A program made the translations under genes and the position numbers. From NCBI GenBank assembly GCA_905480395.1, contig CAJQQE010000016.1, positions 58-64,057 of the forward strand: a stretch of DNA of 64,000 nt. Direction: 5' to 3'. Of this stretch, positions 38,751 to 48,173 are shown in pieces (the stretch's first letter is position 1; every line of letters starts with the position of its first letter). Source of the stretch: an uncultured Phycisphaerales bacterium. GTDB taxonomy: Bacteria > Planctomycetota > Phycisphaerae > Phycisphaerales > SM1A02. The notes below the pieces were generated by a model. The model saw nothing but the letters and a program-made list of their open reading frames with translations. It searched no databases and had not been told where the DNA came from.

Positions 38751-40915
38751 CCTTTGTCACCACATCACTCGCCGTCGCAGGCGTCATCGCCGCCGCGATC
38801 CCGATTCTGATTCACATCCTTCTTCGTCGCCGCCGAAAACCCATGCAGTGGGCCGCGATGTCACTCCTGATTGAAGCAGCTCGCCGACATCGACGGAAAG
38901 CGAGGCTTGAACAGATCATCCTCCTGACCGTTCGAGCGGTCATGCTCATCCTGCTTGGGGCGGCACTCGCTCAACCACTCTTCGGAGATCGAGTCGGTGT
39001 GGCGGGGTTGAGGACGACACACATCATTCTTGATGACGGAATCATCAGCGGACTCATTGAAGCTGACGGAAGAACTTCCTTTGAAAGGCAGGTGGCCGAC
39101 GCAGTCACCTTTATCGATTCACTCCCCAGTGGCGATCAGGTATCGGTCATCTTGGCCGGAGCGCCGGTTCGATTCCTTATTGAATCACCCACGACTGACC
39201 ACCGGTCGGCAATTCGTGCCATCGAGACACGACAGAGCCGAGAAGGCGCCACCGACCTCGCATCCGCGCTGGAACTTGCCGACACCACCCTCGATCGCGA
39301 AGGGGTTCAAGGGGTACGGATCTTCAGTGACTTCAGGCGGGGCAGTATCGATGATCGTCGCCGACCACCAATTCTCCACGGACCAGCAGGATCGCCGATT
39401 GAACTCACTGCCTCGATGCCGATCAACGAACCCGCAACCAACATCCAGGTGACCTCAATTAAGACGGCCCGGAGCCCACTTTCCACCATGGGAACTGGTG
39501 ACCTCCTCCTTGTTGAAGTAAAACTCCGCCGGACCGGACTCACTCCCGCCATGGTTTCGAACGTTCGTCTCGAGGGCGACGCGATGTCTGGAGTGGAAAC
39601 CCGAAAAGTCGAATGGTCACCAGGCCGCACCGAGATACAAGTTGATTTTCAAGTAAGAGTCGACACTGATGGTGGGGTGCTTGAAGTGGTGGTCGATCCA
39701 GACGCACTCCCCCTTGACGACCAACGGTTCGTCACGGTTGATGGTCGTGAACCAACCCGTGTTCTCTTGGTTGACCGAGATGAACTGGCAGGCTCAACCA
39801 GGCTTGATCGACTTCGCGGAACTGATTGGTTCGAACGGGCGTTACTTCCGTTTCCAGAGGCCGCGATCGCAGAAGCAATCACGATTGATCGAGTCGACCC
39901 AGCAACCATTAATGATCGTGATCTTGAAGGAACATCAATGGTCGTGATTGGACGACCAGACTTGCTTCCTCTGGAATTCAACCCCACACTCGCGAACTGG
40001 ATCCGCCGGGGCGGAATCGCAGTGGTACTTCCTCCTGGCGAAGTGACGATTCGTCCTTGGGCCTCACCACTGCTTGAAGAACTCAACCTTCCATGGTCGG
40101 TCTCACTCGAACCTTCTCGGGTCGATCCACCCCGGTCACTCTCCGCCGAACAACCAAGCGCCGCACTGACCACACTCCTGGATGCTGAACTCGTCGAACT
40201 CGCGCCGAGTGTGAGAATTGATCAACGATTGCCAGTCACCGACGTTCCTGACGGCGACGTGGTACTCCTTGACGACCAAGGGGACCCAGTCGTCTTGGAC
40301 GCACCCATCGGGGCGGGAAGAATTGTCTTCTTCGCGGTCAACCCAGAACTAGAGTGGACAGATCTTCCAGTAAGACCACTCATGGTTCCCCTGGTTCAAG
40401 AGATCGTTCGACAAGGGTCCGCGCTTTCGAAGCGTGACATTGATGGTGTGGTCGGCATTCGGCCACCCATGGTGCGTCAGTCGAGTGTCGCAACAGTCAC
40501 CCTTCCTGGATCGGCCTCACAAACAGTCACTGGCACCGAACTCCCGATCCCAGATCGAACCGGAGTGGTGGAGGGTTATGACCTCAGTGGCAATCTCGTC
40601 GAACGAATGGTGGTCAATCCCGATACCGATGGTGGTTTCGTCGATCTTCTTGCCCAAGAGGCGGTGGCGGCGTGGCTTGAATCATCAGGGTCCTGGCAAT
40701 TCACCGGACCCGACGCGGTGGTCGTCGAACAAATCGATGAGCGAAGCAGCATGGCTGTGATACTCATGGCCATCGTGCTCTTCTTAGCGTTTCTCGAGAC
40801 CTTGCTGGCACGGTGGTTTACCCGTGGTGGTCTTCGGAGCAGTCGATCAGCCGGCCTGACCGGCGCGAATGCTGATTCTGAACAAGATCGTTTTGGGAGA
40901 GGGGCCGCCGCGTGA
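38747..40915 (+). CDS. BatA-N (aerotolerance-regulator N-terminal, double-TM) domain membrane protein
   Basis: LAVAGVIAAAIPILIHILLRRRRKP...ILLTVRAVMLILLGAALAQP is the BatA N-terminal double-TM signature. Degenerate vWA-like start (HIILDDGIISG). C-terminal TM (MAVILMAIVLFLAFLETLLARWF). ATGA overlap with the DUF58 gene. Confidence 0.8.
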   Translation: MTFVTTSLAVAGVIAAAIPILIHILLRRRRKPMQWAAMSLLIEAARRHRRKARLEQIILLTVRAVMLILLGAALAQPLFGDRVGVAGLRTTHIILDDGIISGLIEADGRTSFERQVADAVTFIDSLPSGDQVSVILAGAPVRFLIESPTTDHRSAIRAIETRQSREGATDLASALELADTTLDREGVQGVRIFSDFRRGSIDDRRRPPILHGPAGSPIELTASMPINEPATNIQVTSIKTARSPLSTMGTGDLLLVEVKLRRTGLTPAMVSNVRLEGDAMSGVETRKVEWSPGRTEIQVDFQVRVDTDGGVLEVVVDPDALPLDDQRFVTVDGREPTRVLLVDRDELAGSTRLDRLRGTDWFERALLPFPEAAIAEAITIDRVDPATINDRDLEGTSMVVIGRPDLLPLEFNPTLANWIRRGGIAVVLPPGEVTIRPWASPLLEELNLPWSVSLEPSRVDPPRSLSAEQPSAALTTLLDAELVELAPSVRIDQRLPVTDVPDGDVVLLDDQGDPVVLDAPIGAGRIVFFAVNPELEWTDLPVRPLMVPLVQEIVRQGSALSKRDIDGVVGIRPPMVRQSSVATVTLPGSASQTVTGTELPIPDRTGVVEGYDLSGNLVERMVVNPDTDGGFVDLLAQEAVAAWLESSGSWQFTGPDAVVVEQIDERSSMAVILMAIVLFLAFLETLLARWFTRGGLRSSRSAGLTGANADSEQDRFGRGAAA

Positions 40916-43311
40916 ACACCGACTTTGGCCGATGGCTCCTGGGAATTCGTGATCTCCCCGTCGATGCGGGCAACCTTCAGATCGCTTGGGAACGACCACT
41001 TCCAGGGTGGATTTGGTTCTTGGCGATCGCGGTCTGCGTCGGGATCGCATTTTGGTCCTACAGCAGGCTCGACGCGAGCCGGCGAGCGCGGGGAATCCTC
41101 GCCACAACTCGGATCGGAATACTGGTTCTGCTCGTGGTGGCCATCGCTGGACCAATGATCGAGCTTCCGAGGGAACTGGTTGAGCCCGACTGGGTCGCGG
41201 TTCTGGTCGATCGAAGTCGCAGTATGCAAGTTCGGGATGGCCTTGAGGATCCCGAGGGACGTCGAAGTCGTGAACAGGATCTACAGCGCATTTTGGAGGA
41301 GGCAGGTCCGGCGTGGCGAAACCCCGGTGATACCCGCGAGATCCTTTGGCTTGGGTTCAGCGATGGTGTCTTTGATCTTGAACTTTCGAAAGAGGAGACG
41401 GTCCCCGGCGAAACATCTTCATCCGAAGAGATTGTCTCACCAGCGCTTCCGGGATCGACTCCAATCATCAATAGTGGTGAGGCTGATGGTTGGCGGACAC
41501 GGATCGCACCCGCATTTGAAGAAGTACTTCGACGAACGGCTGGTCGACCACTTGCTGGTGTGGTGCTCATCTCTGATGGGCAGACAAATTCACCACCGGA
41601 TCGAGACCTCATTCGTCGGATCGTTGGTGCTGCCGCCGGGGTGCATACGATCCCTTTAGGTGCCGAGATTCCCATGGGGGATACCGGAATCAATCGGGTT
41701 GAAGCACCCCGACGTGCGTTCTCGAAGGATGCAGTTCCAGTCGCCGTTCGACTCAGTAACCGAGGCCGGAGCGGGCTGGTCAAAGTTTCGCTGGTCGACG
41801 ACCGTGATGGGACGATCTTGGATTTCACCGAGATTGAGCTCGATCCAGATCAGGAGATCATGGACACGGTATTGACCGCGGCACCCTCAAGATCTGAGGA
41901 AGACACAGGGTCTCGCCAATGGTCCGTTCGGATCGAGGGTGAGGCAGACCTTGTACCTGAGAACGACACGATCACGCTCGATATCGAGTTTGTCGATCGG
42001 CCACTTCGAGTCTTGTACATCGAGGGATATCCCCGTTGGGAATACCGGTATCTCAAGAACCTTCTGGTTCGCGAACCATCCATCGAGAGTTCAGTGATGC
42101 TTCTCTCGGCCGATCGTGATTTTGCTCAAGAAGGAAACACACCGTTGGCAAGACTGCCACGGACCGCGGAGGAATTCGCGGCTTTTGACCTGATCATCCT
42201 CGGCGACATTCCTTCGGGATTCCTCACCGATTCAAGACAAGAGTTGATTCAAGAACAGGTCGCTCGACGTGGTGGCGGACTGGTGATGATCGCTGGACCG
42301 CGATCGATGCCTTCAAGTTGGGGCGGAACCCCACTCGCAGATCTCCTGCCTTTCACCGGAAATCTCGACCTCGATCGTCATGACCGGCCAATGCTCGCTC
42401 GCCCCACCGATGTCGCGACCCGACTGGGTGTCTTGCGGCTTGTGGTCGGGGATGATTATGGCTGGCCCGAGGCTTTGATCGATCCAAGTTATGGATGGTC
42501 CCAATTGCAGTGGGTGCAGAACATTAATCTCGACCGATTGAAGCCAACCGCGGAAATCCTCGCGGAAGTGATTCCAGCCGACGGTGATCAGATTGATGCG
42601 ACTCCGTTGGTCTTGGGCATGCGCTATGGTGCTGGTCAAGTCTTATATGTCGCCACCGACGAGATTTGGCGATGGCGATACGGTCGAGGTGAACTTCTGC
42701 CCGAGCAATTCTGGGTTCAATTGCTCCGCCTTCTTGGTCGTGAGGCCGTTCAAGGTGATCAACCCGTCCGCTTGCTTGTCGAACCGAGACAAGCGGTCAT
42801 CGGTCGTCCCGTCAGGGTCACCGTCGATTTGCTCGATGCAATCTCGGGACTCCTTCCTCCTGATTCAGTGGCAGTCGAAGCCTTTGATGACCAAGGTGTC
42901 TTGGTTGGAACGGTGGAGTTGCCAGCCAGCGGCGAGGCGTCGTGGGCAGGAACTTGGATTCCACCAGAAGTCGGAACCGTCGAGTTTCGAATCGCCCAAC
43001 CCGGGCTCTCAGCGCTGGCGGGTGGGATCACATCCTCGATCGAGGTGCTTCGACCCGACGACGAACTTCGTGATGCGGATGCGGATTACGACTTCCTGGC
43101 CACGCTTTCTGAAGAAACAGGAGGTCTCGTGCATCTTGTAGATGGAACACCTGGGCTCCTTGATCGTGTTCACGAACAACTACCGAATCGAGCAATCATC
43201 ACCGAACAGCCGCTCCGGGAGCGGATCTGGACCTCACCCCTCTTCTTTGCGCTCTTTTTACTCTTAGCGACCCTCGAATGGACGGGCCGTCGACTCGCTC
43301 GACTTGACTGA
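40912..43311 (+). CDS. vWA-domain membrane protein with GATase1-like (DUF4159/ThuA-like) module
   Basis: Two N-terminal TMs. MIDAS VAVLVDRSRSMQV (DxSxS) and VVLISDGQTN. Also VLYIEGYPRWEYRYLKNLL...FDLIILGDIP...GGGLVMIAGP. C-terminal TM. GTG start in a GTGA overlap with the upstream stop. Confidence 0.75.
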   Translation: MNTDFGRWLLGIRDLPVDAGNLQIAWERPLPGWIWFLAIAVCVGIAFWSYSRLDASRRARGILATTRIGILVLLVVAIAGPMIELPRELVEPDWVAVLVDRSRSMQVRDGLEDPEGRRSREQDLQRILEEAGPAWRNPGDTREILWLGFSDGVFDLELSKEETVPGETSSSEEIVSPALPGSTPIINSGEADGWRTRIAPAFEEVLRRTAGRPLAGVVLISDGQTNSPPDRDLIRRIVGAAAGVHTIPLGAEIPMGDTGINRVEAPRRAFSKDAVPVAVRLSNRGRSGLVKVSLVDDRDGTILDFTEIELDPDQEIMDTVLTAAPSRSEEDTGSRQWSVRIEGEADLVPENDTITLDIEFVDRPLRVLYIEGYPRWEYRYLKNLLVREPSIESSVMLLSADRDFAQEGNTPLARLPRTAEEFAAFDLIILGDIPSGFLTDSRQELIQEQVARRGGGLVMIAGPRSMPSSWGGTPLADLLPFTGNLDLDRHDRPMLARPTDVATRLGVLRLVVGDDYGWPEALIDPSYGWSQLQWVQNINLDRLKPTAEILAEVIPADGDQIDATPLVLGMRYGAGQVLYVATDEIWRWRYGRGELLPEQFWVQLLRLLGREAVQGDQPVRLLVEPRQAVIGRPVRVTVDLLDAISGLLPPDSVAVEAFDDQGVLVGTVELPASGEASWAGTWIPPEVGTVEFRIAQPGLSALAGGITSSIEVLRPDDELRDADADYDFLATLSEETGGLVHLVDGTPGLLDRVHEQLPNRAIITEQPLRERIWTSPLFFALFLLLATLEWTGRRLARLD

Positions 43312-43455
43312 TCGGAGAAACCTCGCCGATTCGAGCTCGAATCAGCGATTCCGGTCGAAACTATCGAAGATCCTCTGTTTTCTAGGCGTCAGGCCTCAGA
43401 TTGAAGCGAATCTTCCACAGGTGACTGACACCTATAGCTGGAGCACACCACCACG

Positions 43456-46400
43456 ATGTCCGCGATCGACGAACTCATCCCAAGACTTCACCGAGTCAGA
43501 AGAGCCTTACAACGAGCTGTGCTGGAGCGACGAATCGCGACCACGGTTTCGGTCGTCATCCTCTGTTTCGTGGTGATGGCGATGGCGGACCGAACCCTCC
43601 GTTTCCCGGTGGGCCTTCGGTGGACGACGTTGATTCTGGGTCTGGGGTGGCTTGGTTGGTCAATTCGGACTCATCTCTGGTCGGCCATCCGATTTCGTCC
43701 GACCCTGGTTGATGTGGCGCTTCGAATCGAAACATTGGCACCGCCGCTCGCGGGTCGTCTGGCGAGTGGTGTTGAGTTTGCGACCTCCGACGTCGGCAAT
43801 GCCAATCCACTTGCCGCAAGAGCGCTTCGGGATCTTCAGCATCGAGTCTCAACCGTGAAATTTGAAGAGATTGTTGATGCCAGGCGGGCTCACCAATTAC
43901 TCGCGGTCGCAATTTTCGCTGGGTTGATGCTGACCTCTCTGGTGTTGTGGCGGCCGGTCGACGCATCCATTGCGACCAAAAGAGTCCTCGCACCCTGGAC
44001 CGACGCCCGATGGCCAGCTCGCACCGAGGTGGTCGGTCTTCTTGATACAGATCTGGTTCACGCCCGAGGTGAACCACTTGCAATGGCCGCCGAACTCGTC
44101 CGGGGGGATCTTGAAGGAGATCGAGTCTTCCTCAATATTCGAAACATTCGTGACGGGGTCAAAGGTGATTGGCAACGGTTGGTGCTGACTCGGCAACAAG
44201 GCCGCCGCTTTGAGCGGGTCATTGATACCGATGCTGATGAGATTGAGTATTCGTTCGCGACCGACGAGGTTGAGACAGACTCTTCAACGATCCGATTGTT
44301 TCCGGCACCACAGATCAGTACCGCGATGGCGATTGTCACACCGCCGACGTACGCATCAAGCCGCGGCGAGATTCAGGCGGAACTCGGATCGGGAACCGAC
44401 CGTCGGTCCCGTCTGACCGAACCCGCCCTTGAAGGCTCGCGTCTCAAACTTGATCTCACCTTGACCAGGCCGGTCCCAGTCGACCGAGCCGAAGATGGCG
44501 GGGTCTCCCGATCATTCATTGAGAAGACCCTCATGGTTCCGGATGAGGCGAGGGTTGATCTAGAGATTGATCCAACCAATTCGACTCGTTGGCAGATCTC
44601 GGTCTTGTTGGAGCGTGGTGGCGATATTGGTTTGTCGCTTGTTGACGAGTACGGTCTCCAGAACATCGATCCCATCCGGTATCGAGTGGACACGATTCCT
44701 GATCGCGCGCCGACCACCACCATCAGCCGACCAGCAACCGACCAAACTGTTTCGATCGATGCGGTGGTGGAGGTTCAGGCGGAAGCTCGAGACGATGTCC
44801 GCCTTCAATCGTTCGAGATCGAAGCAACTTTGGTTCGAGGTGGCGTCGACTCACAAGTCGAGTTGATCGCGGAGTTGGAAACCGGCACCGCTCTAAAATC
44901 TGTGGCAGATGCGACTTTGCGAGTGGAATTTGGGGTGACAGATCTCAAACCGGAGATCGGTGATGAGATACTCCTGGTTGCGATCGCGTCCGATGAGTAT
45001 CAAGTCTCCGGAGTCCCACGAGATTCAGTTCGAAGTGCCGCCAGAAGACTCCGGGTCGTTTCCAGTATTGAGCTTGCGGAGCAGCTTCAATCAGCACTTT
45101 CTTCGATCCGGCGATCAGCGATTCGGCTTGACCAAGACCAAGGCGGCATCTCTGATGCGGTTCGCCGGGGCGGTCCTTCGCGGAGTTCGGTTCGGGAGCA
45201 GGGACGACTGGGCGATCGGATTGCGAGTGCTCGTGATGCCCTGGAATCAATCGAACAACGTCGAAATGAAAATCGCCTCGACGATGCGATGCTTGAAGAG
45301 ATCATCGATCAGGCTCAAGATCTCTTAGAAGCGGCCGGCGAGGCGTCGGAAAAAGCGGTGGCGTCCTTGGACGAAGCGGCCCGCGAACAATCATCGACGG
45401 GATCCAGTGGCAAGTCGACCACATCGACGCCATCGAGCACTGAGGCCGGCCCCCAATCTGAAGATCAAGCCTCGAATGATGGGTCGTCCGAGGCTTCTGC
45501 GTCATCTGAAACAAACCAGGCAGAAGAAAACCAAGGCGAATCCACATCCTCTGAAGCTTCAAATTCAGAGGGGAAGGCTTCAGAAAATTCGCCGTCGGCC
45601 GAGCCACAACCCGGTACTGATTCTTCGGCTGGCACCCCCTCTGAGAACGCTGGGGAATCGGCGTCGTCTTCAGAATCAGGGCCGTCAGGAGACTCCAGCG
45701 AGCCAGGGAGTCCCAGTGATCCAAGCGATCCAAGTGATCCAAGTGATCCAAGTGATCCCGGTGATGCAGGCGAATCGGGCGAACCACAACCATCGAGTTC
45801 CACAACCCAAGCGGAACAAGATGCCATCGACGCACAGGAAGAAGTTCGGGCGGAGTTGGCTGACCTTGCGGAACTTCTCGATCGCGGCGAGGACGCGTGG
45901 GTGGTGTCCCGACGAATTCAGCAGATGGCGGAGGATCTCGCCGAACTCCAAGAACGAACCAGCGAACTCGCGGAAGATTCAGTGGGTCGCGATCGCTCAG
46001 AGCTCACCCCCGAAGAGCGCCGTGAACTCGACGACATCGCCAGGGAACAAGGTGAGTTGGCGGAGGAAGCAGACGACCTCGTTGCAGAACTCGAAGAACG
46101 CGGCGCCTCACTCGATCAGATCGATCCAGCGCAAGCCGCTGGCCTTCGTGCGGCCGCTCGGGACGCTCGCGATCAAGGCCTCGAAGAGAAAATGAGAGAG
46201 GCTGAGGAAGGAGCGAGAGAAAATCGTTTGCAGCAGGCTGGCGAAGCACAACAGCAAGCGGCCGAAGCACTCCAGCAAATGCAGGAGACCATCGAAGAAT
46301 CTCGAAAGGCGGAAGTGGCCGAGCTTCAACGACGAATCGCAAGCCTCGTTGAAAGCCTCACTGGTTTGATCGAAACCAGCGAGACCGAAATAATAAACCT

Positions 46401-47406
46401 TGCTCGCGTCGAAGGCCCAGATGATCTCGAACGAATCGCCGCTCGCGCTAGTGCGTTGGTCACCTTGAATGGAAACACCATCGCGGTCGCTGCCGAAGCT
46501 GCGGCAGCAGGCTCGGGTGGCGAACGTATCTCAAGGTTGATTGAACGGGCGGGTCGAAACCAGGGTGCGGCCATCGGCGATCTTCGAGCGGATCCGGTTC
46601 GGATCGAGGATTCCCGAGCCAATCAGGAGCGAGCCCTCTCCGCACTTCGTGAAGCATTGGTGATCGCGGAAGAAACCGCGGAGCAACTTGCAGAAGAACA
46701 AGCTGCCGAGCGGCGATCGGAATTGTTGGCCGCCTATGCGATGGTGCTGGAGACCCAGATTGGAATTCGCATCGAGACCGAGAAGATCCGGCCGCCGGCC
46801 GGAGATCGGCTGAGTCGTCGGGGACTGGTGACGGCCCGTCGTCTGGCCACAGATGAGCGACAACTCGGTTCAGCGCTCGAGTCGATGCAAGATGAGTTTG
46901 AGGAGATCACCGACTCACTGGTCTTCTCGATGACCCATCGAAACCTCGATCTCTGGGTCGAATCCGCCGCCACTCGCCTTCGTGAGGGTCGTCCAGATCT
47001 TGAGACGATCGAACAACAGACCATGATCATTGACGCGATTGCAGGCCTTGCCGCGGCGCTTGATCAAGAGCAGCAAGACGACGATCCATTCGCGGAACCC
47101 GAAGACGGGGGTGGCGGTGGTGAGCAGGCTGGAGGCGAGCAGGGTGAGCAACCACCAGAGCCATTGATTCCTCCGATCGCAGAACTCAAGATGCTTCGGT
47201 CAACCCAGCAGCAGATTCTGGATGCGACTCGTCGACTCGATGCCGTTCGGGCCTTGGACCCATCTGTGGAATCTGGAGATCGAATCACCGATCTGGCTCG
47301 GCTCCAAGCAGACCTCCATGCGGTGGCGACCGCCTTGCTCGACCAACTTCAACCAGCCCCTGTGGCCCCACCGGAAGGTGGCGCCGAAAGAGGACCTGAC
47401 CGATGA
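43456..47406 (+). CDS. 1316-aa membrane-anchored protein with acidic low-complexity linker and long Glu/Gln/Ala-rich coiled coil (DUF4175-like by recollection)
   Basis: Three N-terminal TM helices (IATTVSVVILCFVVMAMA; WTTLILGLGWLGWSI; LLAVAIFAGLMLTSLVLW). About 450-aa beta-rich region. Ser/Glu/Pro-rich linker with (PSD)5. About 550-aa helical region (EELAEEADDLVAELEERG...). Confidence 0.75.
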   Translation: MSAIDELIPRLHRVRRALQRAVLERRIATTVSVVILCFVVMAMADRTLRFPVGLRWTTLILGLGWLGWSIRTHLWSAIRFRPTLVDVALRIETLAPPLAGRLASGVEFATSDVGNANPLAARALRDLQHRVSTVKFEEIVDARRAHQLLAVAIFAGLMLTSLVLWRPVDASIATKRVLAPWTDARWPARTEVVGLLDTDLVHARGEPLAMAAELVRGDLEGDRVFLNIRNIRDGVKGDWQRLVLTRQQGRRFERVIDTDADEIEYSFATDEVETDSSTIRLFPAPQISTAMAIVTPPTYASSRGEIQAELGSGTDRRSRLTEPALEGSRLKLDLTLTRPVPVDRAEDGGVSRSFIEKTLMVPDEARVDLEIDPTNSTRWQISVLLERGGDIGLSLVDEYGLQNIDPIRYRVDTIPDRAPTTTISRPATDQTVSIDAVVEVQAEARDDVRLQSFEIEATLVRGGVDSQVELIAELETGTALKSVADATLRVEFGVTDLKPEIGDEILLVAIASDEYQVSGVPRDSVRSAARRLRVVSSIELAEQLQSALSSIRRSAIRLDQDQGGISDAVRRGGPSRSSVREQGRLGDRIASARDALESIEQRRNENRLDDAMLEEIIDQAQDLLEAAGEASEKAVASLDEAAREQSSTGSSGKSTTSTPSSTEAGPQSEDQASNDGSSEASASSETNQAEENQGESTSSEASNSEGKASENSPSAEPQPGTDSSAGTPSENAGESASSSESGPSGDSSEPGSPSDPSDPSDPSDPSDPGDAGESGEPQPSSSTTQAEQDAIDAQEEVRAELADLAELLDRGEDAWVVSRRIQQMAEDLAELQERTSELAEDSVGRDRSELTPEERRELDDIAREQGELAEEADDLVAELEERGASLDQIDPAQAAGLRAAARDARDQGLEEKMREAEEGARENRLQQAGEAQQQAAEALQQMQETIEESRKAEVAELQRRIASLVESLTGLIETSETEIINLARVEGPDDLERIAARASALVTLNGNTIAVAAEAAAAGSGGERISRLIERAGRNQGAAIGDLRADPVRIEDSRANQERALSALREALVIAEETAEQLAEEQAAERRSELLAAYAMVLETQIGIRIETEKIRPPAGDRLSRRGLVTARRLATDERQLGSALESMQDEFEEITDSLVFSMTHRNLDLWVESAATRLREGRPDLETIEQQTMIIDAIAGLAAALDQEQQDDDPFAEPEDGGGGGEQAGGEQGEQPPEPLIPPIAELKMLRSTQQQILDATRRLDAVRALDPSVESGDRITDLARLQADLHAVATALLDQLQPAPVAPPEGGAERGPDR
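45712..45768 (+). repeat. in-frame 9-bp tandem repeat (ccaagtgat)n encoding PSDPSDPSDPSDPSDPGDA
   Basis: ccc agt gat / cca agc gat / cca agt gat / cca agt gat / cca agt gat / ccc ggt gat, read directly from the sequence. Lies inside the 1316-aa CDS. Confidence 0.9.
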
Positions 47407-48173
47407 TTTTCAAACCCTCGATGACCAGACCAGAAGAGGTTCGAAGGGTTCGGTTCGGCGTTCCCTTTCTCGCCTTCGCGATCGCAGGATCAGCGTTTTC
47501 CTTTCAAGAGGCGCCCATCGCACCACCCGAGCCGGTTGCTGATTCCCCAGCCACCGATGTCCCAGCGGACCCGCCGTCTCTTGACGATCTACTGGATATC
47601 GAAGGGGATGCTGATTCGGGCGCCGCGGAGGCAGCAGCCGAAGCGGAACGTCAACGGTCACTCGATGCTGCACTGGCGGAACAGGAACCGGAACAGGCGT
47701 TTCGGGCCGCCGTCACCGAGATGCTCCAATCGGTCGACCGTCTTCGTGATAACCAAGCTACCGGACTGGGGACCCAACGATTGCAAGCGAGAATCGTCGA
47801 TCGCCTTCAGGTACTGATTGACAGCGCCAAGAAACAACAGCAGCAGCAACAACAACAGCAACAGTCCAGTTCAAGCTCCAACCAAGAACAAAAAGACCCG
47901 GGCCGTCGAAGCGAAGGTGAACCACAACAGCAACAACAACAGGATGCACAGCCACGTGATGGGGATGGAGAGAGTACGGATTCAATCCAAAACCCCCCGC
48001 CACAATCCGCGGACTTAGAAGGTGTTCTTGACGAGAGCCGGATCGAATGGGGTGGTCTTCCACCTCGGGTCCGGGATCTCATCACTCAAGGTATGCGTGA
48101 CCAGGTCTCGCAGCTCTATCGTTCATTGACTGAGGCGTACTACCGACGGATGGCGGAGGAAGCGGGCGAATGA
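47403..48173 (+). CDS. secreted low-complexity protein with poly-Gln tracts
   Basis: Signal-like VRFGVPFLAFAIAGSAFSFQEAP. KKQQQQQQQQQQSSSSSNQEQ and PQQQQQQD tracts. Conserved-looking C-terminus WGGLPPRVRDLITQGMRDQVSQLYRSLTEAYYRRMAEE. ATGA overlaps at both ends. Confidence 0.65.
   Translation: MIFKPSMTRPEEVRRVRFGVPFLAFAIAGSAFSFQEAPIAPPEPVADSPATDVPADPPSLDDLLDIEGDADSGAAEAAAEAERQRSLDAALAEQEPEQAFRAAVTEMLQSVDRLRDNQATGLGTQRLQARIVDRLQVLIDSAKKQQQQQQQQQQSSSSSNQEQKDPGRRSEGEPQQQQQQDAQPRDGDGESTDSIQNPPPQSADLEGVLDESRIEWGGLPPRVRDLITQGMRDQVSQLYRSLTEAYYRRMAEEAGE
47835..47864 (+). repeat. (CAR)10 trinucleotide tract encoding Q10; a second Q6 tract lies at 47925-47942
   Basis: caa cag cag cag caa caa caa cag caa cag, read in the CDS frame. 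Confidence 0.9.

Noticed and set aside
45712-45768. Tandem 9-bp repeats and the CAR tracts (47835-47864, 47925-47942) as possible CRISPR, mobile or non-coding repeats
   Set aside because: The units are 9 bp or 3 bp, contiguous, without spacers, and in frame inside long ORFs. They are coding low-complexity, not CRISPR or IS termini.
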